A stretch of 64,000 nucleotides of DNA from Chrysomallon squamiferum (lineage: Eukaryota; Animalia; Mollusca): contig CM022665.1 of assembly GCA_012295275.1 (NCBI GenBank), positions 10,664,001-10,728,000 on the forward strand, in the 5' to 3' direction. Below the pieces are notes generated by a model. It ran no database searches and had not been told where the DNA came from. It was given only the letters and a program-made list of their open reading frames with translations. Shown here piece by piece: positions 34,589 through 48,181 of this stretch. Position 1 is the stretch's first letter; every line of letters starts with the position of its first letter. The translations under genes and the position numbers were made by a program.

Positions 34589-36817
34589 CAATAAAGTAAA
34601 TATACCAAAAATAATAAATAAATAAATAAATATTAATACAATATTAGAGGTTCGTTCCCTTTCTCCTTTGTAATATTTAAATCTTACAAACAAATTATCT
34701 GTAAATAGTTAATATAAATATCAATATTTATATATAGTCAGTGATACTTATAATTACATAAACAAACATTTTATATATATATGTATGTATATTGTTATAT
34801 ATAGTTATATATTGTTATATTTATATATATCACAGGAGTATCATTTGCAAATTTAAAAGCAACATGATATTCATTCCTAATACATATATATATATATATA
34901 TAACAGCAGCAGACAAAGAACGAGAAGGAAAGAAGTAAACATCTCTTGCTTATTTTTCCCCTCTCAGCAGAGAAAGAGAGAGGTAAAAACCATAAATTAC
35001 AAGACAAAAGAAAAATAGAAGACAATGGTGTAGACTACCTTCTTCTATAACCCATCCTTTGTCATCATGCCACACAGCAAGTCTGTCTGCTGGAACAGAG
35101 AACTTTACACTAAGCGTCTCCCCACTGACAACTCTCACTCTGTCAACAAAGACAAGCTGTCTTAATGGAACAGGAACAGTTGCATTGTTCCACCAGATGT
35201 AGATTTGTATAACCTTTAATGAGAAGTATACATATAATATAGATTTGTATAGCTTTAGTAGGAAAAACACATATAATACAAATTTGTATAAATTTAGATA
35301 GAAATATACAAATAATATAAATTTGTATAAATTTAGTTAGAAATATATACATTTTATAGATTTGTATAACCTTTAATTAGAAAATATATATATATATATA
35401 TAAATATGTATTTGTATAACTTTAATTAGAAATATACCTTAAATCTGCAATTAGATATTTATGTACATTTGCATAATGTATATTTTTAAGTCTGCAGTTA
35501 GGTAGTTCTGTATATTTGACAACATATAATTAAGTGAATGTACATTTGTATATCTTATATTTTAAAATTAATATAGATTTGTATGACCTTTGATTAGAAG
35601 CTCTCATGTAACATAGATGTGTATAACCTTTAATTAGAAGCATACATATAATATTGATTTGTATAACCTATAATTAGAAAAATATGTTGATTTGAAAAAT
35701 CTACCAATAGTAATGTATGTAGATTTGTATAACCTAGAATTATTGGGTAGGTATTATTATGGCAGTTCCACTGCTTATAAATTATTTGTTTTATGCAAAT
35801 GATAATGAAATAAGTAACAAAAATAATTAAATAAAAAAAATAATAATAAAAAATAATAATTCCAGTCTATTTTTGTATATTTCCAAATTTTGTTTAAATT
35901 TTTACACAACCCATATAGTAAAGTTATATAAGCAAATATTCTGTAAAATGGTTACTTCATCGGCATCAATCTTTCCAGTGTTTTTGACATCAATTGACCC
36001 TGTCAGATCTTGTCCTGGAACAAGAACTTTTGTATACTGTATAGCAATATATTCAAAGTTTGTGTAAGACAGACCAAAGCCAAATGGGTAATAAACTTCT
36101 CCTGTGAAGTATCGATAGGTTCTTCCTTGCATTGTATAGTTTGTTATTGGTGGTATCTGAAAATGTCAAGAAAGTAGATAAAAACAAAATTATTTTGTGA
36201 ACTGACATCTTGAATATATTGTGTGACCAAACATTTTGAATATATTCTCTGAACTTCCATCTTGAAGATATGTGAACAAACATCTTGAATGTATTCTGTG
36301 AACTAATATCTTGAACATATTTGGTGAACAGAAAACTTGAATATTATTTCTGAACTAATATCTTGAAATTTTAAAAGTGAACTAATATATTTAATATATT
36401 ATGCAAACTAACATCTTGAATATATGATCTGAATTAATGCCTTAAATATATTTGTAATCAAACATTTCTAATATTTTATTAACTAACATCTGATATATAT
36501 TTTGTGAATTCACATCTTTAATATTTGTGAACTAATATTTTGCATATATTTTGTAAAGTAACATCTTGAATATATTTTGTGAACTCACATCTTGAATATA
36601 TTTTGGCCAGATATTTGGCAGTCTACCAGCAGGTACATCTCTATCTGTTCGTTGAGAAGAATTCTTCTCATTGCTTCTCCTGCAGCCTGGGCTGGAAAAA
36701 ACAGTTCAAACATGGCTGTCACATCATCATTGTCATAGGCCCATGTCAGGTTCAAGGGTCCAGCATTGAATAAAAACACAACGAGTGGTGCTCCTTTACC
36801 TGTCATAATAAAGACAA

Positions 36818-36862
<45 letters not shown>

Positions 36863-39800
36863 GAAGAAGAAGGAGGAGGAGAAGAAGAAGAAGATGATTA
36901 TGAACAACAACTACTACTACAATAATAACAGGAGTAATAATAACAATAACAAAAAGCAAACAACAACAATAACAATGATATATACATTTACATAACACTG
37001 CATCCTTTTGAGTATATTGTGTGATATACAAATAAATATTTATGTAAATTACAATACAGTTAAAAAGTAAAAATGATATAAGGTAATTTGATGGGTTTTT
37101 GTTTTTGTTTTTTGGTGGGGTTTTTTAAAATTTTCTAAGAAAGAAAGAATGGATATATATCTCAATTTTCCTTTTGTTATTATTATTATTATTTTGTTTT
37201 TTGTGTTGCTTTGGGGTTGTGGGGTTTTTTTGAATGATTTTATTATTTTTTGTTTTAATAAAAAAAAGGTTATTATACAGTAGGTATGATTATTATAATC
37301 ATTTTGTTTTTAAAATGATAATGTCACAGATGAAATCAAATGCTGCAGCATTTTGTGTTATCATCATCAATTGGCAGCGAAGGATCTTCCTTTAAACTGC
37401 AGCTCCCATACCAACCCTTTGATAAACCAGTTGCTTTCAATTGTTTGGAATGAAAAATAACCCAGTGTATGCACCAGTGATTTGTATTAACTCCATATTA
37501 CATTAACAATTTCTTCCAAGATAATTAGTGGATAATTATTATCACTTTTCTAAAGACTATAATTACATATGACTCTCTTTACATCCAGTAAATTTAGTTA
37601 TGTAATAAAATTTAGTAATTTGTCTGATTAATTCAAATAAACATGCTACTTTCTTAACAAATTATTTTAATTTATTTACCATATTTGACAGCATCTTGAA
37701 TCACTTGAAGTTGTTTTCCTGGCCATTCCAAATCAGGTCTGTCATTACTCTCCGATTCAAGAACTTGTCCTGAAATTTTTTTTTTTTTTTTTTAATGTTT
37801 AAATAAATTTTATATACTTCTAATTTATGTTCTTTTAGCTAATCTTTGCAAATAATAAAGAACAATAACAAAATAATAAGATCTTCAGAAGTCATAGATG
37901 CTGATATTTTGACATACTATGCATATTGCAACTTGCAATTTTTGTGTACATTGTTGTTATTTAAAAAAATGTATTTTGAATATATGTATATTTGTATGAA
38001 TAAATGTAGCATACCACACCATATGGAAAGTAACATCATACCCGATCATACCATGCTATACCGTACCATCCTGTACAGTAACAAACTGTATCTTACTGTA
38101 CTGTGCCACAGAGTTCCAAACCATAAAATACCATACTGTACCATACAATACCACATTAACTATATCATATTACATAATACTATTATACTTCAATTTTAAT
38201 CTTATTTTCTTTTTTTTAAATCAATAAAAAAATAAAATTAAAAATAATAATTCCAGTTTATTTTTATACACACCTGTTCCAAGACATGCAAATATTATTT
38301 CAGCTCCTGACACTGCTTTCTCAATATCAGCTTCGTGGTAAGCAGTACATGCATTAGAGTCACAACCAGCAGCATAGTTGACGTTGTTTCCAAGCTTACG
38401 CAGACCCTGCAGAGGTGTTGTTGTCACAGAAGGGTTAATCTTCGATGCATAGTCACCAAACAGCTGTTCTATGTTGTCAGCCATGGGACCAATAATCTGT
38501 AAATTGAAACAGTTAAATACCAGATGAGGAATTTGTCTCTGTGTATTGGAAGGTTTGTCTCTTGAAGGATTAACAATACAAACTTACAAGCTGTCACAGA
38601 ACAAAAATTGACCATAAATTTTTAATGCTACAGATGCTTTTCAAGGACTTTTCTGAATCCCAGACTGAAAAAGTTAATAAAATTTTAGTGATAATTTTTA
38701 ATGATTCAATTTTACTGAACTTCAAGCCAGGCTTTTTTTTTTTTTATAATGTTCCAAAAGTAAAAATATATGATATTCACAAAAAATTCTCATTTCTGTT
38801 AATAAAGATGAAGTGAGTATCTTTCTTTCTTTCTGGATATCAATGAACATTTTATATGCCCTACCAAATGCAGAACATGCAGCAGACTTCTTTTAAACAC
38901 ACACAGACATATACAAATACATGTACATATTCAGAAACCCCAAAACCCAAACACATTTCATAAATACTATTTTAACTATATGTTGCTTTTTTTCAGTTAC
39001 AGTATTTGATTCTTTAGTGAAACTTGAAAATAGTAATAATAATGATGATAATAAAATAGTATAAAATGTAATATTTACTGCTATCTTATCAAACACTGAT
39101 TTCTTCAAAGGTAGAAAATTGTTCCTGTTTTTCAGTAAAACAAAAGTCTGTATGGCAGCTTTAAGTGCAAGTTCTTGATGTTTTTTGCTCTGTACAACTG
39201 AAATATCCAGTTTGGTGTAGGGGTTACTTTTTGCAGGATCGAACTCGCCATGTCTCATTCTTGTGTAAAACAGAGGTTTCACCCTCTCTCTGACTACTTT
39301 TTCTGTCAGGATTCCTTGTTTAATTGCATCGACTATAGAAAGAAGAAGAAAAAAAAAGTTAATGATGCATTCATGTCGTAAGAACGTAATAGTTTTATAT
39401 TCTGTTTCTCAGCATGCATGTATAAATTAGTTTGAAATGTGTTATTTATTTATTTTTATATTTTATTTATACATTTTTTATTTAATGTCTTCACTTGTTT
39501 TCTGTGTGTGTATGTGTATGTGTGTGTGTTCTATATATATTTTTATTTGCAAGCTTAAGCTTCTATTTTAAGAGTACTAACAACTCACTGATCATCAAAT
39601 CTTCAAGCCTACAACTAATCTGAATTTATACTCTTCCTTTCATTAGTGTTATGTACATCTATAACAGCCTGCCATCACGAAAATACATACAGATTTATTT
39701 ATTTATTTATTTTATGTTATTTTATTAATTTATTTACTCCTCCTACTACTACCAGTATTCTGTGAGCTTCAATCCTATTTATATTATCATCTACAAAATC

Positions 39801-42312
39801 TGGAAACAATTTCTTAAAACAATTATTTATGATAAATAATTTTGGAGGGTATGCTGTTATTTCAAGATGCTGTGAAGAGTTACCGCCCTTGTTAAACCAA
39901 ACAAAAGACTTAAACTTATTAATCTGTCAAAAATATTAATAGAACATTAAAATTCAAATTTTTCCTTTTTTTTTTCTTTCTTTCTTTTTTTTTTTATGAA
40001 AGTGAGTACAAACAATTAACATATGAAAAGAATTTTTTTTATAAATATGTTAACATGATTATTGTATAGGTACTTTTGAAAAACGCTACATTTCAGTCTG
40101 TTCATGTGAATATCAGCATATTTACTCATTGAATAAAACACTGCATGGGCATCATTTGACGAAACTTCTAGACTACACCCAGCATTGAGACATGCAGCCG
40201 CTGTTTCAGTCGGTGTTTTCAGGTAGTGGTGGTATTTGATGATATTTTCAATGGCCCCTTCATCGCTGACAACGTAACCAGTGTAATTCCATTCGTCTCG
40301 CAGAATTTTCGTTAAGAGTTTATCATTTGCACAGGAAGGGACGCCATTTATACTGTGTTTTTGAAAAAGAAAAAAGATAATTAAAAGAGAGACTAGGCAA
40401 AATATATTTATAGATTCTTGTGCATTAAGTTAAAGAAAGGCATTATTAATATTTTTAAAAAACTGTTGTAACCACACACACACACACATTATGTAAGAGC
40501 GTAGGACAAATCATTAACTATAATAACACATATGACTTATTGTAATCTACACACAAAATCCTATGTTACTACACATCAGGCCGTAGGTTCCAGCCTTGAC
40601 ACATGCCTTGAACTGGGGTTGGAAAGTTGTCCTCCAGTCACGTTCTGAAACCTAACGCAGGAACAAGAATCTACATCATCACTGTAAAATTTACGTAAAA
40701 TGATTCATTCGTTCCTTGTTTTATTATTAAAAGTATTATATCTTTTAGTGAAAATATTTTTTTCAGTATTTAGGAATACTTATTTTTATTGTTTTGTCCG
40801 CCAGATAGAAAACGATTTAGTGAACAAGTGTTCTTGTCAGTGACGCCAAACTCACTATTTGAACTGTAAATAATTAAATAAACATAAAGCGAGAATTTAC
40901 AGTATCAAGCTGTGCTGTTTAACAAACCTTGGCATCAAATGAGAATCTAGAAACTGGAATATTTTCTGGTCCTCCGTGAACGTCGAAATGTTTACAGCAT
41001 GCATTGGCTCTGATAAATCTGGGATGATTTCCTTGCATTCCCCTCACATAGTTCTGTCCAAGAATTCCACTTAGGATGGGATCTTCCCCATATGTTTCCT
41101 AAACAAAAATATAAAGTATACAGTGAAACTTTTCAAAATCGAAGAACATAGGGACCAAATTTCAGAAGAATGGTTGGTATTCTGAGGTCTCACATTTAGG
41201 AACTTTATAAAACGCGATACCGCGGATATAGTTCGGTATTGGGAAAATTCCAGCGTAGCGAGGGTCTGGTTTTGAGATGTTTTATATTACAGTTATGACT
41301 TAGTTTAGTATTACTTATATTATTTTCTTGTACTCGTTTCTTCTACGTTATCGGCTGTTTTTATTTATTAGAATACAGGATTTATTTTTTTATTTTTTTT
41401 CACATAAACAGTAAAGGATATTTTATAAGCACTTTCACACAAACATGAAGCACTTACCACGACATTTAGAAGACACTGTTTAAAATAACATTATCGTTAT
41501 TAAGAAAATTACCATATTGCATAACACTGTTTAAGATAAGTTATCAGTACTGGCAAAATACGTAAGATATAAATACTATTTAAAGTAATGTTATTTCTAT
41601 TATACCTGATTTCGGCCCCATCTTGGGTCTCTCATTATGTTTATAACGGGACTAAAGCAGCTGATTCCTTTGAAATCCCCGTACATTCCTTTTTTGACGT
41701 AGTAGTTATTTAAGGCTCTAACTTCCACGCCTATAGCTTCTGCCACGCTGAATATCAGTGAAGGGCTTGAAGATTGAAAATAGAAATTAAATGTTTGGAT
41801 TGTAGATTAAAGATCGCATATGTGTATGTCTGTATATGTGTATAAATAGAAAGAAAGATAGAACAAGAAAAAAGCAAGGAAGAAAGAAAGATAGACCGAC
41901 CGACCGACAAATAGATGGCCAGTTAGATATTTTGATAAAGACAGATCGATGAGAGAGAGAGAGATATACTGACAGAACGACAGAGTGATAAGACGTACTT
42001 AAAAGACGCTGCCAAACCAATTGCCTGAGGAAACATGGTTGAGTTTTCTACAAAGGCAATACCATGCAGACACTCAGTACTCCAGGGGTATGGTTTGATT
42101 CCAAGACGAGGTATAGCTGGAGCTGGGCTTACGTCTGGCCCCTCGCCCCCTCTGGCCATCTGTTCCTTGATTTCTTCAAGAGTGAGATGACCCACTAAAT
42201 CATCCACTCTCTCCCTCCACGGTAATGACGTATTGCGGAATGGATAGTCAGCTGCAATTATTGCCGACATCAAAATTACGGAAAAAACAGTTTCAACTGA
42301 TTTCACAAACAT
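34343..42312 (-). CDS. Secreted glycoside hydrolase family 3 beta-xylosidase-like, ~744 aa. Exons 42312-41999, 41765-41606, 41098-40928, 40651-~40537, 40352-40126, 39332-39079, 38496-38274, 37769-37680, 36799-36589, 36156-35956, 35213-35039, 34458-34343; two lesions, so possibly a pseudogene
   Basis: Signal peptide; [58 protein letters not shown] (catalytic nucleophile), ESESNDR, PAGRLP, QGRTYRYF, YPFGFGLSYT, Fn3-like EVIQIY..PLRQLVF. Lesions: 23-nt insert at 40569-40547 and a frameshift at ~36640. Confidence 0.9.
35214..35740. repeat. Intronic minisatellite derived from the GH3 exon 11 acceptor/exon start
   Basis: Repeated unit core AGATTTGTATAACCTTTAAT(T)AGAA, the same as 35201-35225 (TTAAAG|GTTATACAAATCT on the minus strand). 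Confidence 0.75.
36190..36588. repeat. Intronic ~26-bp minisatellite derived from the GH3 exon 9 end/donor
   Basis: Repeated GTGAACTAACATCTTGAATATATTT, matching 36579-36604 (AAATATATTCAAGAT|GTGAGTTCAC on the minus strand). Confidence 0.8.
41121..41288. mobile_element. Degenerate short Tc1/mariner-type MITE
   Basis: TA|CAGTGAAACTTTTCAAAATCG left end; decayed right end GGTTTTGAGATGTTTTATAT. Confidence 0.45.
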
Positions 42313-43074
42313 TTTCAGTTATCCCGTCTCTTGCAGTTTACTAACAAGTTATATATGACATGTTGTGTGTTTAGTATATCCTGTTTTTATGCCAATACTC
42401 GTAATCCATAGATGACCGGGTTACATGTTTTTGTTTTAGATAAGATAACATAATAAAGTCATCTGGTAACAGTTACTGTGTCATTTAAAGTGAAATGACA
42501 GTTAAAATCGCAGATTATAACAAAAACTTTGAACAGTGATAAGAAGTTTACTGTACAGTCACATTTTGGTATCTTACAGAATCTTTATTATCTAAAAACT
42601 ATTTTTAAAATAAATAAATAAATAGATAATGGAACAACAACAACAAAAAAAAAACCGTAAATAGTTGGGGTTTTTCTAAAAATAACTTCGAACATTGAAA
42701 AAAAAAAAAAAAAGAAAAAAAATTGGAAACTAGATAATGTTTTATTACTGCATCTAGGCATCTTAAGGTGAATAATTAAAGTATAATCTAAAATCATATA
42801 TTTTTGGAATTTTGCTCAGAGTAATGTTGTCTTTGTTATGGTTTTCTATGGTTTTCAAGGCTAACTATCTAAATTACAACTGACTATGCATTTCTGGAAT
42901 AAATTATTTGGCTGTACATATAATTTATATTAAACGATTTGTACATATCAATAATAATATAAAACAATCAGTCATAAAAGTAAGAAAAAAATTATAATTT
43001 TATTATAATTCTCAAGTAGTACGCCATCATGATTACTATATTAACTTAATGTTCTTGTGTTAGTCTTCAAGATT

Positions 43075-43105
<31 letters not shown>

Positions 43106-43411
43106 GAGAAGTTGATGTCCTTCCTGAAGGGAAACAACTCTTAACGCTTTGTAGTAAAAAAAAAAAAAAAATTAAAAAAAATTACTAATTCATAAACCTT
43201 AAAAGAATGAGTCCCTTTTGTCGTATGTTGGAAAATAAAAAAAACGGAAAAAACCCTGTTGTTAACCACCTTATTTTTGTAACTACATCCATTTTACAAA
43301 TCTTTCGTAACATTTATTAAGTTCTTATAATATGCAATAACAACAACAGTAATAATAAAGACAATGATGCTGATAAATCTTGTATGAATGTTTGTATACA
43401 TTTATATATTT

Positions 43412-43620
43412 TACGATTTTGAATATTCTTTGTCTTATTTTTGTACGTCTGAATAGACTCTGCACATAGACAATATTCGGGAACGCACTGGCGCAGGAGG
43501 ACAAAGTCCAGGCACGACCTCGCAAACCCGTTTGATGCCGCTGACGAGACTCGAACGTATGGCACCCATTCGCCCGCACTCCGAAGGCGGACGATATTAT
43601 CGTTCGGCCAACGAGAAAGC
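43412..43620 (-). mobile_element. tRNA-derived SINE, copy 1
   Basis: Minus strand has A-box-like TGGCCGAACG and B-box GTTCGAGTC. The body is shared with 49305-49462 (CACTCCGAAGGCGGACGA, GAACGC.CTGG.GCAG.AGGACA, GATTTTGAATATTCT). Confidence 0.7.
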
Positions 43621-44216
43621 CCTAAAATACATTTGTGTATATTTGTATGTATGAATGGATGTATATACGTACAATGTAGGTACGTACGTACGTATATATA
43701 TATATATATATTATTTATTCATCGATGTGTTCATGTATGTGTGTACGTATCTTAATTCATTTAAGTGTTGACATAAAATAAAGTTCTGCTCTATTCATTA
43801 GAAAGAAGATATTTTAATTTCTTTGTTTTGATATATTTACTAACAAGTTTTATTTCTTCTGTTTTTATTATTTCTTTATTTATATTGTTGTTGTTTTTTG
43901 TTACAACTCGAACGATTTTAGCTACCAATTCAAAATATCGCCGTCACTTTCACTTGAATTGTGTAACAAAACGAACCCCCCCCCTTCCGAAAAAAAACAT
44001 GATCTGTCCTGCTGTTTTCAAACGCCTAAGTACGTTTTTGTTGACATCTATCAAAACGAAGAATTAATTCATATGGGTAGCGTCATTGTTGACTAACCTT
44101 GAAAACAAGGCTAGTTCCTGGTGTCGTTGGCGTCATAACAATTAATCTTTCTTTAGGACTGACCACTAGCACTTCTCTGACGTTTTCTGGTCAGTTAGGA
44201 CAGGTGGACTGCAGTG

Positions 44217-44224
44217 TTTATAAG
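44217..44224 (+). promoter_or_regulatory. TATA box of cystine-knot gene A
   Basis: TTTATAAG ~55 nt upstream of the ATG|gt at 44276; CGTCA half-sites at ~44080 and ~44131. Confidence 0.45.
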
Positions 44225-44275
44225 ACTCGCTGTCGTCTGCTGAAAATAACACAACTGATTCAGACGACGAATATC

Positions 44276-44331
44276 ATGGTAAACGTTCTTTGTTCGTTTG
44301 TTTGTTTCGTTAAACTTTTTCTTGGGTATTG

Positions 44332-44376
<45 letters not shown>

Positions 44377-44407
44377 AGATAGCTGAAATAGCTATAAAGA
44401 CATACTT

Positions 44408-44473
<66 letters not shown>

Positions 44474-44669
44474 TTATGCATTTTAAATTTACATTTATTT
44501 TTGTTTTTAATTTTTGAAATTATTTTGATATTTGTTATAATTTAGTAATAATGTTAATCAGTTCTTTAAGTTTTTTGTTTTTGTATTTTCCGCTGTTTGT
44601 TTTGTGGGTTTTTTGTCGTTTTTTTAAGTAACAATTTTAGTTCCTATATTTGCTATATTAATTTTTTAC

Positions 44670-44722
<53 letters not shown>

Positions 44723-45365
44723 TTTATTTTTTATTATGTTGTCACTTTATATATGCATTTGCTTAACAAAACCTTTTTGTTTTCAAATTATTTATTAACG
44801 TGTGTTTATTTACTCATTTACTTACTTACTTACTAATTTTCATGCTTACTTTCAGGATGGGATTTTCTTTAGTTTTATCGCGCTGTGTTTTATGGCGTAC
44901 ACAGTCGACTCAAAAACATGTTACAAAGAGCAGTTAGCAATGGATCGATGGTGGGACAGACCGTGCGTGTGCAATGACGGCAGAAAGTACCCTGAGTAAG
45001 TAATTTTTAATATTGTTTTAATAACGTATATACTTAAAATCGATATGCTTCTTCTTGAACAAAGCATTAATTGGAAGCGTTTGTTGTGTTGTAACATAGA
45101 AATCAAAACTAATTTTAATGAAATGTGTGTTAAAACATAAAACTAATGATAAAATTAGTTTTCATAAAAAAACACATGATTATATGAATAAATAAATATA
45201 TAATTAAAATTATATAAAAATAATAATTAGCATGAGTGTGAGCAAAGATCACAGTATCAAACAGTAAATATATATATAATTAAAATGATTTGCTGTTTAA
45301 TATTATGATCTTTGCTGATAGTTTCATTATAAAAATATATATAAATGCTACCAGTAACTGTATTT

Positions 45366-45454
<89 letters not shown>

Positions 45455-46976
45455 ATTTCTCTCTGACACACACACACACACACACACACACACTGACTGT
45501 ATTACTGATGATATAAAATTAATTTTCAGACAGGAGATAGAATCAGCTTTAGCTTACGCCTCGGAGCCTAATCACATGTTTCTCTACACTGTGAGCAACT
45601 ACTACAACGAGAATAACTTCTTCATGGATTCCTAGTAAGTAATCTACGTATACAACAATTATACCTAGCTGAAATGAATTTGGGATACAGATGCTTATCA
45701 ATCATGATTAATTATTACGTATCGAAATTAATTAATTTATTAATTTATTTTTATTAATATGTTGTTTATTTTTTTTTAATATTATTATTATTATTAATAT
45801 TATTATTTGTTGTTGTTGTTGTTGTTACCATCATTATTTATTTATTTATTTATTTAAATAAATGTAATTGATATACTTTATTTATTTAAATCTTAATTTT
45901 ATTTATTTATTTATTACTGTTATTTTCTGAAGACAGTTTCTAGACAAGAACTTATGTACAGCTTTCCATGTTCAAACACTTTTGGTCACAGACACAGGAA
46001 TCCCTAACTTTTTATGAAGAAACTATTAAAATAACAATCTAGCTATAAAATTATATCTTCCTCTCGACTGATTCTCTGTTGTTGTTTTTTTCAGCACTGC
46101 TAAAGGCGAATACACTTTCAAGAGTCTGTGTAAAACCCAGAGCACAAGAAAACAAATCTACACCGTGAAAAACAAAGACAACAACGTCTGTTTCGTCGTT
46201 CGTCCAAACGAGCAGAACATTTTCTTTGCTGAATGCAAGTAAGTCATAAAAAAATTTCAAATACTTTGTGTGGCTGTTGACAAAAAACAAAACAAGAAAT
46301 AACCGTTGATTTTAATTTGTTACGAATAATAAATAGTTTAAAGTTGATTTTAATTATGTCTGTTAATTCGTGCTGCAATTCTGTGGTAAAGTAGAAATAA
46401 TATTTTCTAAATTATATTATTGATCAAGAATTTAAAATAATGTGTTTGATAATTATTTCGAAATTGCAGTTGTGTTTTGTAGGTACGCGCATTTATCTTT
46501 GTTAGTATGTGTGTGAGTTTATGTTAGTTTAAAATATAGAATCATACAGAAATTAAATTGCTCTTTATTCTATTTCTTTATTTCTTCTTTCCTTCTTTCT
46601 TCGTCTTCTTCTTCTATAATTACATTTAAACAAACAAAAAAAAAAAAAAAAAAAATTCTTAATCAAATTATTTTCTTTTCACAGCGGTTTGTGTAAACTT
46701 GGATACAGTGGAGTACCCGGATACCACTGCATTCCTCGAGGGTTCACAGAACGATCGTTCCTAGTCTACTGTCCCAAGAAAAACATTCCTTGCGGATCAA
46801 ACATCCAAGCACCAGTCATGACGAAACCAGTCAACGGTCCAGCTACGTTTCAAGCAGCCCAGTTCTCCCCTCCACACGTTCCACAAGGCAGCGGTTACTC
46901 AGCTACTGGTTACTTCTGTAACGTCACAGTTGTCCTACCAACATACTGTGGTTGTCGTGGATACTTCTGTAATTAA
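44276..46976 (+). CDS. Secreted Spaetzle/neurotrophin-like cystine-knot protein A, 227 aa; exons 44276-44278, 44856-44995, 45530-45634, 46095-46238, 46685-46976
   Basis: Signal MDGIFFSFIALCFMAYTVDS; pro-region C..YPEQEIE. C-terminal domain LC..VCFVV..Q..AECNGLC..HCIPRGFTERSFLVYCP..FCNVTVVLPTYCGCRGYFC. Canonical GT-AG introns, phases 0,2,2,2, no lesions. Confidence 0.82.
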
Positions 46977-48181
46977 AATGCAATGAATTTACCTTCGCTA
47001 TTTCCCGGTCATAAAAGCATTCACGAAGACTTCCGAAGACAAAAACGATTATTTTCGAAATCAAAAAGTTTAAATCTGTTTTTTCTTTTTCTTCTTCTTC
47101 TTCTTTTTTTTTTTTTTTTTTTAAATAATAATAAAATAATAATAATAATTTTACTTAACTTTTCACAAAGTCTGTTAAATTATAATAATTTCAATTCAAC
47201 TGATATTTGCTGTTAGAATAGAAAATGTCATCAACATTGTAAAATAGGTTTAGGTTTAAATCAATAGGAGAAATGGGACACTCCTAATGTTTAACATTTT
47301 GAATATTACCTCTGTGTGGTAGTATATATTTCTTGTATGATTCTGTATATATGTAAATACACTATTACATTTATGACATAATATATTTATGTATTATGCG
47401 TGCGTTCAAAATTGTTGTGCAGTTGTTGATATATTGATTTGTAAATAAAGAAATTATCAAAACATTTCATTCTTCTTTTCTCTTTTTTTTTACACTTAAC
47501 ATTATATTTACGATGATATATATATATATATATATATATAAATAGCCGTAACTAGACTCTTTTTGAAATGAGGCAAAAACACTTACTCGCCGAGCGTAGC
47601 GAGCCAAACAAATTTGGGCGAGGGTCTGAGCCCACAGAAGCTCCGACTTCAAACGGTATTTGAATAAAAATAAAAATCATTAGGGATTGCGATTATTAGT
47701 CTATTTTCCGTCCCAAACATGCCTCTTTACTGGCATTTCAAAGTTTTTTGCAATTTATATTCCTGTTTGTGGGATAGTTCACACGAAACATATTTAGCTG
47801 CTAATCGCTAATAGCAGTGAATGTATGGAAATGGCGGGTTTCCATCCTCATTACAAAATAACTAACGGATCCATTTACTTGATTTAGGTAATACACGAGT
47901 CGAGCACAAAAAAAAAAAAAAAAAAAAAAATGAACATATGAAAAAGTATTTGCTTTATGATAAATTACTATATTTTCACAAAATGTTTATTGTCGAAATA
48001 TTTGTGAAAAATCATATAAGGGATGGTTCTTATTAGTTAATATTTTTGTTGTTGTTATGATCATCATCATTCTCATCGTCGTTGTCATTACTAATGCCAC
48101 CATCATCATTGTCGCTGTTATTATCATCATAATCAATATCATCGTCTTTAATATTATTATTATGAATATTATTGTTGTTGT

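Noticed and set aside
36190-36600. CRISPR-like periodic array
   Set aside because: Eukaryotic intron, degenerate contiguous units with no unique spacers, no cas genes.
34343-42312. Recent horizontal transfer or contamination origin of the GH3 gene
   Set aside because: It has 11 spliceosomal introns with host-type microsatellites, and GH3 xylosidase-like genes are known in many invertebrates.
43540-43620. Possible tRNA gene (also at 49400-49462)
   Set aside because: No clean acceptor stem, and both copies continue into a shared non-tRNA body, which fits a SINE.
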